Both the position numbers and the translations under genes were made by a program. From contig JANJGN010000523.1 of assembly GCA_026770705.1 (NCBI GenBank), positions 186,001 through 250,000 of the forward strand: a DNA stretch of 64,000 nucleotides, read 5' to 3'. This DNA is from Isurus oxyrinchus (Eukaryota). This document shows positions 13,080 through 26,469 of the stretch, piece by piece. The notes beneath the pieces were generated by a model that was not told the DNA's origin, searched no databases, and saw only the letters and a list, made by a program, of their open reading frames with translations. The stretch's first letter is position 1. The number at the start of each line of letters is the position of its first letter.

Positions 13080-13671
13080 CATTTCAATGTAAATCTTTAA
13101 TATTTAGAAAAAAATAAAACATTTAAAAAGTTCCAAAGTCTCATGTCTCGCAAATGGCTACAGTGTCCCAGGATGAGCCCAGCAGTAATGGGAAATGTGG
13201 GAACAGGTTCAGGCAGTGAGAGGGAGAGAACACGTGAGCAATATCAGACACGATGGACATGCTCATTCAGATCAGACCATCGCCATTCAGGTCGTTTCAA
13301 CTGGTCAACTTGACCGAATATAGAACAAAGGGACAAATGGAAAGCAGCGATTTAAGAAACTTTAAAAAATGTGAACTGACCTAGTGACAGATATGAGCCA
13401 TGAATGCATTAAGGAGAGAGTGTATGGTACCTGGAAAACGCTCGGCTGTTAGCAATATTTGACTAAGAACAGTTTATGTTGGCGGGCGGATGCCGATGGG
13501 GCAGAAGACATTCCATTCTGTATTTCACCAGCAGTCGCTCAAGATCAATTTCAAGCACAAGTGAGTGGTGACGAATTCGAAGGCTATAAGATGGCAGACA
13601 CATTCGTTCAGGATAAATCGAGGCTCACCGGTCTCCAGATCACCCTCTTCACCAGCAAAGTGCCCGTCTCA
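13080..13671 (-). other. Putative terminal exon of an unidentified minus-strand transcript
   Basis: Long pyrimidine tract + CAG acceptor (tctttctcacccgtgttctcctctttcag|T at 13671), unique sequence, ATTAAA at 13096-13101 with U-rich upstream and GU-rich downstream elements. Confidence 0.35.
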
Positions 13672-13999
13672 CTGAAAGAGGAGAACACGGGTGAGAAAGA
13701 GTTCATTCTCAAGGGGGTTGAGATCTGTCAGGCTAACCTCATATCTCCCTCATCTATCCTGGATACCACTGAGCCCCCCACCCCCAGCGATAGTCAGTTA
13801 ACTGGAGCTGCGATCTGATATTCATGTAGTGAGCAGGGAGTGACCAGGCTCTCAGTTTGCTGGTTAATCACACTGCAGTCCCATATCAGTGACTCGTACA
13901 TGGAACAGCATTAACTTGCCAACAGGGATGCAACTGCAGTGACATTGTCAACAGTCATAAACCTGGGACAGTTGTCGATTTATTGGTACTTTGGCATAT

Positions 14000-14650
14000 T
14001 TAATTCATTTCACAGGATATGGGCATCACTGGTGAGCCAGCATGTATTGCCCTTCCCCAGTTGCCCCTTAGAAGTTGGTGGTGAGCTGCCTTCTTGAGCC
14101 GCTGCAGTCCATGTGGTTTAGGTACACCCACAGTGCTGTTTGGAATGGAGTTCCAGGGTTTTGACCCAGCGAAGTGAAAGAAGGGCAATATATTTCCAAG
14201 TCAGCATGGTGAGCGACTTGGAGGGGAATTTCCAGGTACTGGTGCTCCCATGTGTCTGCTGCCGTTGTCCTTCTGGATGGGTTTGGAAGGTGCTGTCGAA
14301 GGAGACTTGGTGAATTCCTACAGTTTATCTTGTAGATGGTACACGCTGCTGTTACTGTGCGTCGGTGGTGGAGGGAGTGAATGTTTGTGGATGAGGTGCC
14401 AATCAAGTGGGCTGCTTTGGTGTCAAGCTTCTTGAGTTTGTGTTTAGGAGATGCACAAATCCAGGCAAGAGGAGAGTACTCCATCACACTCCTGACTTGT
14501 GCCTTTAGATGGTGGACAGACTTTGGGGAGTCAGGAGGTGAGTTACTCATCGCACAATCCCCAGCCTCTCTGACCTGCACTTGTGGCCACAGTATTTATA
14601 TGACTAGCCGAATTTAGTTTCTGGTCAATAGTAACCTCCAGGATACTGAC
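14000..14650 (-). mobile_element. Family A LINE 3' fragment
   Basis: KAQVRSVMEYSPLAW..CTIYKINC..LLRQHLPNP plus tail. Confidence 0.85.
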
Positions 14651-14803
14651 AATGCATTTATGATACATGCTGCAAGTATTCCTGCTGAAGAATTTTAGAT
14701 AAATGAATTTATTCAATGGCCAAGAGTACCGCATGAATGAATTAAAAGGGTCAAAGCCTCGTCTCAAATCCGTTTCATTGTGTTGTGATTAAAGTAATGC
14801 AAT

Positions 14804-14837
14804 GCTACCCTCTGCTGGCACCTCACCGCCACTACAG
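14804..14837 (-). promoter_or_regulatory. CTCF-type motif with upstream module
   Basis: Minus strand reads TGTAGTGGCGGTGAGGTG-CCAGCAGAGGGTAGC; core matches CCASYAGRKGGC and the downstream flank resembles the composite-element head. Confidence 0.5.
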
Positions 14838-15319
14838 GCGCTGCTGTTTGCCAGCCTCAGAGAAGTTCCGTTACTGCATGGTTGCATTTTAAAACATACT
14901 GACGAATTATGTATATGGAACAATACTCTGTCGGATTGAAGTTCGCAGCAGGGTTCGCTCTTTTACCACCTGACCCTGTACATGAACTCTCTCATCATTC
15001 CCCATTGGAGGTATTGGTTGAAGCTGGTTGTTGGGAGTTATTTCAGACTGCAATGTGCACATTTGGTACAGTTATCAGGCTCTAATCTCATTCAGAATGG
15101 GAGTATTTAAACTTTGCTGTATTCTGTAATTCCTCTGCAATACATTATCAATGTTCAACCCGACACATTGGATCTTGTTAAAGCTTTTTTACTACTTATG
15201 TCTCCAAGATAATGTTCTCCATTTCTCAGATTCTTGGTCCAAGGGGGGAAATTATACATATCAAACACAAACAATATATGGGAGAGAATTTATTTTCACA
15301 TCTTTACAGCCTGGTCAGC

Positions 15320-15600
15320 GAATCTAAAACACGGGGAACGATCCCAGGATAAGGGGCCGAACATTTTGGTCTGAGATGAGGAGGAATTACTTCACTCAAA
15401 GCGTTGTGAACCTTTGGAATTCCCTACCTCAGAGAGCTCTGGATTCTCCATCCAATTCAGTTCGGGATAGGCAGGGTTACAGTGTCTCGGGGATTTAAGG
15501 GATATGGGCAAAGGGCGGAAACAAGGAGTTGAAGCACAAGTTCTGAATGACAGAGCAGATCGACGGCCATTCCGCCTATTCCTGCTCCTATCTTTGTGTT
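15320..15600 (+). mobile_element. CR1 LINE 3' end
   Basis: gagatgaggaggaattacttcactcaaagcgttgtgaacctttggaattc..ggcc..cctattcctgctcct. Confidence 0.8.
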
Positions 15601-16989
15601 CCTGTAAGAATCAATGTTAACAGCTTCCACGCTTTCGAGAGTCTGCTCCATAGATCGAAAACACAGTGGAATATTAACCTGAACTTTCCAGCTCCATTAG
15701 AGCAGGCTGGAAGGTGGCAAGACTGGCACTATGCCGGGGAAGGTGTCAGGAAGCGTGGAGAGAGGGAATCGGTGTCCGTCCCAGGGCCTCGTTTGCTTTG
15801 CTCATGGTTGAAAGATAATCAACTCTTGTCAGTCAGAAACCAGTTTTTATTCTTTTTCCATACAGGTTATTTTTTCCATGTGTGATTTTTCCTTCCTTAA
15901 TTCCTTATCTCCATGTGACACATTTTGAATTCCTCTCCGAGGAATGTTATCCATTGGCTTTCTGCCCATTTTTCACGTATTTAAATCCGCCCATAGCTTA
16001 TCCTGATCAGATGTGCACCTGTGATCTTCAGTAGCCTTTTCCCCCGCTGCAGTTGTAAGCATTGATCTTCTGGCTTCATTTGTCAGAATCTTAAACTAAT
16101 GCGGAATGAAACAGAACAATGTGGGATCCCAATGTTCATATTCTTCCTGTTCGAATACAATCCCTGTATCATTACAATCTGGAATCTGTCAATCAACTAA
16201 TTCCGATTCCCTTGCAGTCCTCCCTCTGATTGTGGCGATATTTCTTCCAGGGTCCCATCCTTTCCAGAGGAACTGTTTAGAAAGCCTGCAGAAATCCAAA
16301 TGCATCACATCCACTGTCTCTCTTGCCCCATGAAGCTCGTTTTGCTCACGTTCAGAGTGATCAGTCAGCTCGATAAGCGAGTCCTTTCCTTCATGGACAC
16401 TTACTGGCTGCAATGAAAGGTTCTCCTTCTCTCCACATGCCCCATAAACCTTCCTTTCTTACGGGTTTAAGAGGGGTAACTCATTGTGATTTCCTGACTT
16501 ACTTTTGCGAGCATTTTACCAAAGAACAATAAACGCTGCATTTTATTTTATCTGCTCGCCAGGCGTCTTTGCAGAATGCAAGCATTTTTCACAGATTTAT
16601 GACTGAGAACCTGCATATTTTAGCTTAATTCCATAAAAATCCTCGGATGCATCTTATGTGGGCCGTGGAGTGATTCAGCTGAATTTCCACAGCTCTTCAT
16701 CAACCATGCTGATGCTAACGTAATAAATGTAGCAATTTGCCCCTGAAAGTCCTATGGTATCATTTGCGGATCAAATGTACATATTAACTGTTCCCTCTTT
16801 CATAGAAGATGAAACAAAAATACATATTTAACGCAATTATAGCCCAGCTAGCATCAGTGGTGTTGCCCTCACTCGATCCAATTTTCACACTCCACCTATG
16901 TTATTTTCTTGTAACAACAACAAAAATATATTAGCGTTTTCTTCTTATGCCATACCCTGTTTGAAAGAAGATTTGTTAAAGTTGTCCTG

Positions 16990-17340
16990 AATCATGACGG
17001 TCCAGACAGAGTAGGCAGGGAGAAAGAGTTCCCAATGGTGGAAGATTCGAGAACAAGTGGGCACAGATTTAACATAATCAGGAAAAGAAGCAACGGCGAC
17101 ATTTAAAAATAAACTTTTTGTCGCGCAGTGAGTGGTTAGGATTTGGAGTGGACAGGCTGAGTGTGTGGTGGAGGCAGATTCAATTGATGCTTTCAAAAAC
17201 AAATTCCATCATTTTCGGAAAAGGGAACAATGCTGGACGAGGGGGAAACGTGTGGAAATAGGTCAATTGCTCCTTTAGAGGGTTAGCATCGACCAGACAA
17301 ATGGCCTCTTACTTTTCTGTAAGAATTCTTCGATTCTATG
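16990..17340 (+). mobile_element. CR1 LINE 3' end
   Basis: GHRF..FF.QRVV-like remnant and ggcctc..ttctatgatt tail. Confidence 0.7.
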
Positions 17341-17349
17341 ATTGCTGTC

Positions 17350-17880
17350 AGAAACAGTAAATTAAATCAGCATTTCCACAGCATCTGCAATAGCAAGGTT
17401 TGTCCAGCAGATGGAACCGAAACCGTGATTGTTCAAATTGCGTGAGGCAGGCATTTCTCGATGGTTACTGCATTGGCCCTGTCTCCACTCATATCAAACC
17501 ATACACCGTGCCTGTTTAAATAACACTAGGTCGTGTCATTGATCATATTAGAGGAGGCTATGTCTCACTTATTTCTGTATTCGGCCCAATCTCTTCTCAA
17601 CCAAAGCCCTCTTTCTGTTCTGTGACACTCACAGTTATGACTGCACGCAACCATGCCTCAGCTAACATGACAAAACTTCATGTCCCAATTGATAATACCT
17701 TGTACAATGTCCCCCTTTGTACTAAACTGGAACATGTGCCTGTTTGCATTACACGAGGCTTTCCCTCAGTTATTACTTGAGTTGACCCTGCCATGTTTAT
17801 ATTAAGCTAGAGGAGGTCACACTGAATGCTGCACGAGTCCATGTTCTGTTTATAGAACACGATGCCCTGTCTCTGTTGTT
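17350..17880 (+). repeat. Composite element copy 2 (head + start of 27-bp array), truncated by CR1 insertions
   Basis: Aligns with 1510-2060 (gcatttccacagcatctgcaatagcaaggtttgtccagcagatgg..ccgtgattg..gcaggca). Confidence 0.7.
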
Positions 17881-17884
17881 AGTA

Positions 17885-18510
17885 CTGACAGGCTGGATAA
17901 TAAATCATATGGTATCTGAGGCTTTATAAATTGGGGCACAAAGTTCAAAATCAAAGAGTTTTTCGAACACTGTTAAAGTCTCAACATGAGAATTGCGTCC
18001 AGTTCTGGGCACCACACTTTAAGAAAAGTGTGAATGTATCAGTGAGAGAGTAGGAAAGATTCACGAGAATGGTTCCAGGGAAGGAGACCTTCAGTTAAAC
18101 TGGCAGATGAGAGGAATTGGTACTGCTTTCCATAGAGGAGAAAAGGTTGGGGCAGAAGTTATAGATGTATTCAAAATCTAGATGGGTCTGGACAGAGATG
18201 AAAGTAGAAAACGGTCCAATTGGTGGAAGGATCGAGAACCAAGGGGCACAGATTTAAGGTAATTGGGAAAATAAGCATTAGCCACATGAGGAAACGCTTT
18301 TATTCATGCAGCGAGTGGATAGGACCTTGAATGGACTGCGTGAGGATGTGGTGGAGGCCGTGACAATCGAGCCATTCAAAATGGGATTGGATAATTATAT
18401 GAAAAGGAGGAAAACATCTGGCCTACGGGGAGCAGACAGAGGGTGGCAGGAGATGAATTAATCCTTCACAAGACAAGAACAGTAAGAACGAACGGAATGG
18501 CCTTTAAGTA
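17885..18510 (+). mobile_element. CR1 LINE 3' fragment
   Basis: CVQFWAPHF..RFTRMVPG..GHRFKVIG remnants. Confidence 0.8.
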
Positions 18511-19199
18511 GTGATAATATACGAATATTATATGGTTTTATGATGATACAAAATAATATTTATCTTATCTTTACAGCTCAGTTTGAGTTTCTGCTATTGA
18601 GGCTATATAGCTTTTAGGCTGGGAGCAGGAACCGGTGTTATTGCCTTAATTACTTTAAGGTACAGAGAAGCTTAGGTTCTATGAATTATATTTGTTTTAT
18701 CTGAATTGTGCAATTGAGGGATTCTTTGTCAGTTTCAAAGGGATAAACAAAAAAGGTGAATTCAGCAGCTTTAACTTAACACGACACCTCATCTTACAAC
18801 TAAACGATCTATGACTTGGTTCAATTGACGAACCATATCCGTAAAGCAGAAGATCTGTATTGGAGAGCAGCCTTTGTCTTGACATAACTGTAGGAAGGTG
18901 TTATTAACATTTACTAATAATGTATTGCATCTCTGGTATGGTGCTAAAACAAGTGTTGACGTGGCTATATACGATAAGTTGTATTGTTGATAAGAAGATG
19001 TAACATTGTTTGCAATAGCTCTGTATTTACAAGGGTGCGTTATTTGCTCACAATTGAATATACATCCCGGAGCCCAGGGAATAAGAGATACAGATTTGTC
19101 TTCAGTGTTCATGGCTTTAGACACAGAGATGAAGTGACACCAAATGAGCCTCACCCCAAGCCAATGAAAGAGGTTAATTTTGATTCTTTCCAAATAAGA

Positions 19200-21620
19200 G
19201 CACATCCACAATTAAAGAAGTACGATTTGATCGCCATTGCAGACATGGCTGCAGGAGGACATGGATTGGGACTTGAATATCAAGGGGCATTTTGGAAGGA
19301 CATGAGGAGAAGAAATGGCGGAGGGGTGGCACTGCTAGTTAATGGTGGCTTAGCAGAACAGAGAGGGATAACCCAAACCCATCTAACCAGGACGTGCAAA
19401 CACTTTGGATAGAGGTGAAAAATGGGAAAGTAAAGACAGCGCTTGTAGGAGTCGTGTGCAGGCCTCCTAATAGTAGCCACACGGTAACATGAAGGAAGAA
19501 ATAACGGGAGCGTGTCAGAAAGGCACGACCATAATCATGGGAGCTTTTAAACTACATATGGACTGGAAAAGTCAGATGTGTAAAGGTAGCCCAGATGTGG
19601 AGCTGATCAATTCGGGATTGTTTCTTAGTTTTAGAGCCAACTAGAAAGCAGGCTATACCAGACCTGGTATTGTGCAATGAGATGGATTTAATTAATGACA
19701 TCATGGTGAAGGCAGCCCTCGGTAGTACTGACTATTGTATGATTGAATTTTACATTCTGTTTGAGGGAGAGAGGAGTGGGTCCGAGACTATATTTTTAAG
19801 ACTGAATGAGGGAAAGTATGAGGGCATAAAAGCAGAACTGACTAAAGTGAATTGGCAAATTAAGTTAAGGGATAGGTTCATTGCGAAGTAATAGTTTTAA
19901 TTTTAGGGGATATATCAAGATACACAGGATATATACATTCCAGCGAGTACAAATAAGGTCCAGGGGACAACACACCATCCGTGGTTACCTAGAAAGGTGA
20001 ACGAGAGTACAAAATTTAAAGAAAACATATATATGATTGTGCAATGATAGGTGGAATGCCAATAGATTGGGCAGAAGAGAAGGATCAGCTTCAGATGACT
20101 AAATGTTTAATAAGGAGGGGAATAAAGTAGAATACGACAGAAAGTTAGCCACAAATATAAAAACAGATAGTAAGAGCTTCCATGAATATATTTTTGTAAA
20201 GAGACGAGTTATTGAAGTGAGCGTTCACACCAGAGAAAGTGAGTATGAAGAATTGTTAATGGAAACCACGGAAATGGCAGATGAATCGAACAGGTACTTT
20301 GCATCAGTAGTTAGTACAGAGGAAACAATTAACATTCCAGAGGCAGCTGTAAATCAGGAAATGGAAGGCAGGGAGGAACTCAGGAAAATTACAAACACCA
20401 GAGAAGTGGTACTGAGTAAATAGTTGGAGCTGTGGGCTGACAACTGCCCGGGTCCTGATGGACTTCATCCTGGGGTCTGAAAAGAAGTGGCTAGTGAGAT
20501 AGTTGAGGAATTGCTTTAATGTTTTTCCAAGCTCACTAGATTCAGCGGATGTCCCTTTAGTTTGGGATAGAAAAGAGAAGGAGACAGGAAGCGGGAAACT
20601 GCAGGCCAGTTAGCTTGACATCTGTTATGGGGGAAAAGTTAGAAGCTACTATGAAAAAAGCTGTACCAGATAACTTTGACAAGTTCAAGGTAATCAGGGA
20701 GAACCAGCATGATTTTGAGGAAGTAACATGGGCTGTGGATAAATGGTAACCGATATACTGCAGTAAGATTGGCAGAAGGCATTTGATCATGTGCCACATC
20801 AAAGGCTATTACAGAAGCCAAAAGCCCATGGTATATAGGGAAACCTATTAGTATGGATAGAAGATTGGCTGGCTAACAGGAATAAATGGAATTTTCAGGT
20901 TGGCAAGGTGTAACGAGTAGTGTGCCAAAGGACTCAGTGCTAGGACCTCAACTCTTTACAATTTATATAAATGAGTTGCATGAAGGGATGGAAGGGATGG
21001 TTGCCAAATTTGCCGATGACACAAAGATAGGTAGGAAAGTAAGCTTTGAAGAGGACATAAGGAGGCTACAAAAAGACATAGATAGATAAAGAGAGTGGGC
21101 AAAGGTCTGGAGTATAATACTGAAAATTTGAAATTGTCCATTTTGGCAGCAAGAATAAAAGAGAAGCATATTATCTAAATGGTAAGATATTGCAGAGCTC
21201 TGAGATTCAGTGATCTGGATGTCTTAGTGTGTGAATCATTAAAGGCTAGTATGCAGGTACAGCAAGTAATTAGGAAATAGAAAGTTATCATTGATTGCAA
21301 AGGGAATTGAGTTTAAAAATAGGGATGTTATGCTCCGGTTATACAAAGCACTAGTGAGACCACATCTGGAGTACTGTGTGCCGTTTTGGTCACCTTGTTT
21401 AAGGAAGGATGTAAATACATTAGAATCAGCTCAGAGAAGGTTTCCCAGATTCATAACTGGAATGGGCGGATTGTTTTATGAGGAACGATTAGACAGGCTA
21501 GGCTGGAGTTTAGGAGAGTAACAGGCGACTTGGTTGAAACATGTAAGATCCTGGAGGTCCTTGACAGGGTGGATGTACAGAGGATGTTTCCTCTTATTGG
21601 ATAACCTGGGAACTTGTTCG
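19200..21620 (+). mobile_element. CR1 LINE ORF2 (APE endonuclease + RT), decayed
   Basis: KYDLIAI..GGGVALLV, VTSSVPKDSVLGPQLFTIYINEL..KFADDTKIG, LYKALVRPHLEYCVPFWSP; many stops and frameshifts. Confidence 0.92.
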
Positions 21621-21779
21621 GTCAGGCACAATTGAATACTCCATTATTATAAATCAAGAATTCGGAACGTAGATATTTTAACCAAAATGGTTTTATATCT
21701 CAAAATCTCCTAAGCTTTACAGGCCTCCTTCTGTGCTGCAAGCATTCCATGATTCAATGATTTATATTTTTATCAATAA

Positions 21780-24720
21780 CCTCACAAGCATTAACTGAAA
21801 TTGGCAATTAAACGGCATTGATAATAGCAACGTGTGTCCAGCAGACGGCAGTGAAGCCGAGGTATTTTACATTAAACAGGCATTCTCTCAATTGTTACCG
21901 AAATGGACGCTATCTCTATTCACATTAAACTAGACTCCGTCTCTGATCATATCACAGGGTCATATTTCTGATGATTATGCAGCAGGTCATGTCTATTTGT
22001 TTCCTTACTCAGCCTAATCTCTGTTGTTGATATACCTGATCCGGGCCCTCTTTGTATTATATCAAACCTTCTCTGAGTTATGACTGCACTGAATCATCTC
22101 TCGGCTAACATGACATTAGGTCATGTCTCAATTGTTACTGAACTAGGCCCTGTCTCTTTTAATACTAAACCAGAACATGCTCATGGTTGCATCACAGGAG
22201 GCTGTGTCTCAGTTTTTACTCTGCCACGTTTATATTGAACTTGACAATTTCACAGTTAATGCTGCGCATATAAATTTCTGTTTATATCACACAATGTCCT
22301 TGTACTATACCATGTCTCTCTCATGCCGCACTTGTCCAGGTTTCTATTGGTATTAATCTAGGTACTTGGCTGGGAGTGATTGCACTAGGTCTTATTTTAA
22401 TTGATATTGCACAAGGTCCTTTATCAAGTTAAACTGCACTAGACCCTGTGTCAGTTTCTTTACACTAGATTCTGTCTCCTTTATTACTTCGTCAGTCCAT
22501 GTCTCTGCTCAAATTACACACGCTACTGCCTCATCTATTCCTGCACCCAGCACTGCCTCACTTTATAATCTACGAGATCACATTTCTATTTACGTTACAC
22601 TAGATCATCTCTCTGTTCATGTCAGTCTAGGTCACGTCTCTGCTGACATTCCGCTGGACGTTTCCTTGCAAGTGTTAATATAGAAATAGACCCTGTATTT
22701 TTGTATGCAGTGCAGACCATGCCTGTGATTATTTTACACAAGGCCACGTCTATTACTAATACGCTGGACCTTGTCTCAGTAATTGTTAAACTTGACCCAG
22801 TTTCCTTTTCAATTATTGAGGATGTTGTAGCAATATTTGGTGCACTCGGCCCTGTCTCAGTATTGCTGCACCTGACCCTGTCTCGGTTTATATCCAAATG
22901 GATCCTGTCATAATATTACACCAGTTCCTGCCTCAGTTATATCAGTGCTTGGCCCCATCTCAGTTGTTCTGGAACTATACCATGTCTCCTTTTGTATTAC
23001 ATACGGCAAAGTCCCAGTTCTTACTGCGCTGGACTAATGGTCCCTATACACAGCACTAAGCTTTGTTTTAGTTGTTGCTGCACTACTCCATGTCTCTGCT
23101 TATATTACGTTAGCCCTATCTCTGATGTCTCACAAGTTACAGAAAATGCAGTCGCAGTTATTATTGCACTAGACTCTGCCTTTTTAATGCTAAACTGGAA
23201 CACTTTTCAGTTTATATTGCACTAGTCCTGATCTCTATTATTACTTCAGAAAACAATTTCTTAGCTTAAATTAAGCTAATCCAGACTCAGTTATTACTGC
23301 GCTAGACTGCATCTATGTGAAATATAGAGATAATATAAATAAAGTTAATGAGCTAGAAAATGGTCCCTGGCCTTGGCCAAAGATGGGCGGCATGAGATCG
23401 GCGACCAATTCAGCGCCTGATATTCAGTTTAATTGTAGTTGACAGTATCACGGATCATATGCCACCTGTTCTGTATGTTTTCATGAAGAGAATCATTCTT
23501 CACACTTGCACTGTAATTCCTCGAATATAAATAATTTACTTTCACCATTGTTTGGCATTTCATGTTCTCTTATTCAAATTGTGGCTGTCGATCTTTTAAT
23601 GCAGAAAAAAAAATATTGGTCCCATTTTCTACTCTGCCATTGTATAGAAAGTCATGGCATTCATCGTTACTAAGATGAAGGTGCCAATTACCAATCTGTC
23701 ACTCGCCCCTCTATCTGATGCAGCGCATAAGTCACTGTCGTCTGTTTGCCTGTCTGTCCGTTTCTCTCTCTCTCTCTCCATCACACACACGCACACACAC
23801 ACCTCACGGTCTTTCTGCAACTTCAGTGAATGTGTTAACACCCCAAAAAGAACAATTCATGTATTTCAACTGAAGATCGTTTAATATTATAATTATTTAT
23901 TAATAACCATTCTGCTGTGTGCTCTTGTTTATAAAGTGATTCTAGACTGTCCAAGTCATTTCCCAGCTGGAGATATGTCTCATGTGATCAGACGGAATGT
24001 GGATTACATCACCTCGAGAATAAGGGCAGCTTATTGGCAAATGATCACAGCAGCATCTCACAGAAGTTCCTGTCTATACAGTGAGTCTGTGATCATTTGT
24101 GGAAGCAAAATGGACAAATTGAAACTGTACCTGTTGTGAGGTAAATATAAATGTAATTTTATGCTTTATTACTCCTAGGGATGGAAAGGGTTGAAACATT
24201 CCTTGATCTCCAGGGAATTTTCAATCTTTTGTTTCTGCAACCTTTGAGTGTTACTTCCACTCTTTCCACTACAACTGCACTAATCCTTTTCGCACTGAAT
24301 ATTCTGCTTCTATGCTGTATGTTCCATGTAATGATTCAGGCTATCTGTAGCATAAACAGATGCAGGGTCGATGTATTACAAACAGATATATGGGCTGGTG
24401 CAATATTAACAAAGCTATGGCCTGTTGTAATGGAAACAGAGATAACCTAGTGCGGTAATAACAGAGACAGGACCTGGTGTAATATAAGCAAAGATATGTA
24501 CTACTGCATTAATTTCAGAGATAGGTCCTAGTGTAAAGATAGAAGAAATAAGTCTTTGTTTTATGATAATGGATACAATACTTTGCACAATGATATCCAA
24601 AATAGGTACCAGTGTATCACTAAGTGATTACTGTCAAATTCATCAATGTTAGGAACATGTTACTGTTGAAAATGGACGGGAACAATGTTCCCATAATAAT
24701 AGGCGTACATTAAGTTGGAT
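21780..24720 (+). repeat. Composite element copy 3 (head, 27-bp array, core, inverted array)
   Basis: Colinear with copy 1, e.g. cagcgcctgatattcagttt (23411) vs cagcccctgatattcagttt (3003), and cgagaataagggcagcttatt (24015) vs cgagaatgacgagcagcttatt (4717). Confidence 0.75.
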
Positions 24721-25139
24721 GGATAAGCAGGTTATTTTCTGGCTGGAACAGTGGCGGGAGTGGAATGTAATAATTACCGAAATACGAGGCAATGCAATAA
24801 GAATGGACTAACAGCCCAGTGTGATTACAGCAAAGGCATTGTTTAATTTTAGTGTAACGAGGACAGTGTTCGATCCAGTACTAACAGACGTAGATTGCAG
24901 TGTATTACTGAACACATCACTGAATCCAGTGTGCAGAGAGCACAGTCGGCGTCTAGTGCATCAAAACCGAAGTTAAGGTGTCGTACATTAGTGTGTGTGA
25001 TTCCGAAAACGTTGCAAATAATTTGCCGAATAACAGAATCAAGGACCATTGAACTCTGAATGGAATAATGTTTGCGATGGGATCTGTGAACAGATCATGC
25101 CCGTGTTGAATATTTGGCAACAATCTCAGTCGTGGCTCA

Positions 25140-25338
25140 GAATATTTGGGTTCCAGTCTCTCTCCAGTTAAAATCCTAGAACTCTCTCCCTAACAACACT
25201 GCAGGTGTACCTACACCATGTAGACTGCAGTGGTTCAAGAAGGCAGTTCACCACCACCTTCTCAAGGGAAATATGGGATGGGCAATAAATGTTGGCCCAG
25301 CCAGCGAAGCTCGCATGCCGTGAATGAATGAAAAAAAG
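25140..25338 (+). mobile_element. Family A LINE 3' tail
   Basis: gcagtggttcaagaaggcagttcaccaccaccttctcaaggg..gaatgaatgaaaaaaa. Confidence 0.85.
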
Positions 25339-25948
25339 AGACTAGACCCCATAAACTGGGTGGGTTCTGCAGGTGTCAGTATAAATTCAAGTTTAATTGC
25401 TTTTACGTCCTTCTGCCCAATATGTTCTTATACTCAGAATCGGTGAGGGAATATAGCAGACAGAACAATCCTGTACAGTGTCCCTATCCAGCCAGACAGG
25501 GGTTCCTGCGACATAATCGCACGTTTGACTAGCGCGTTCACTGAAAAAAAATTCTTCGAGTTAAGTTAATGAAACAAGTGGCGATGACATGGCCCGGGCA
25601 GACTGGAGTCTGGTATAATAATGATCACAGAAGCAGCCTGCAATGTATGAATGACAGAGGCCGTTTTGACGGCTTGTACTCTTGTATTGAGCGAGGTAGA
25701 TGAGCAAAGAACATCCGAATGCAATTGTAAAGCAAACTGGAAGGAAAGTATGGTGTTTGGGGCATAGTGCAGGCTTCTATGCAATGATGAGCGGGGGAGG
25801 GATTTGTGTGATAAGAAATTCATGGAGACATCATGACAAAGGCCCATATGACTGACTCCACCTGACTAAGAATGTTTATACCCAAGGGGGAGGCAATAAG
25901 GACATGGAGACTGCAGAGGTTCTGATAACTGAGCTGACACTGACGCAC

Positions 25949-26084
25949 CTGTCAGTGGAACAGAAACGGATCTGTTCCTTCAGAGCTTTTCCTGCAGTTT
26001 TGGAGTTGCACAGAGGCACACGGGCCGAATCTGACAGCTCAAACAAACCGACATTTTCAATCTTCTGCTTGATTTTCATTGTGA
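25949..26084 (-). other. Putative internal exon (136 nt) carrying an ATG
   Basis: tttgaccttttcag| acceptor and CAG|gtgcgt donor; ATG at 26079 opens MKIKQKIENVGLFELSDSARVPLCNSKTAGKALKEQIRFCSTD. Confidence 0.3.
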
Positions 26085-26275
26085 CTGAAAAGGTCAAATA
26101 GCAAAATTTCCCCAGTGCAAAATTCAGTGCCACAGAGATTCAGGAGGTGGGGATTTTCTGATCAGAGTTCGATCCAGGGACATTCACTTGAAGTTCATAA
26201 ATAGCGTCTTGAAAGATACCTGACAATTATCAGCATTACACGTACAGACACTTTCAGACGGCAGGATTAGCTCAC

Positions 26276-26344
26276 CAGGTAAACTGTGTAATTATCACAT
26301 TTTATTTGGGCTTAATAAAGGACAGAGGAGGTGCCGAAATGATA
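26276..26344 (-). other. Putative non-coding exon (69 nt)
   Basis: Long pyrimidine tract ..tatcttcttgttgcag| and strong CTG|gtgagc donor; stops in all three frames. Confidence 0.3.
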
Positions 26345-26469
26345 CTGCAACAAGAAGATACATAAATACAGAAAGATAAACAGTAAGAAGAGCAGAAAAT
26401 CATTTAAAAAGTCCTTAAACCTATTGTGCCTGTGTCGGCTCTTTTAAAGGTCTGTCCAATATTCCCCAT

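Noticed and set aside
13459-13818. 119-aa plus-strand ORF as a gene
   Set aside because: Non-ATG start, no recognisable domain, and it runs through what looks like a minus-strand splice acceptor tract.
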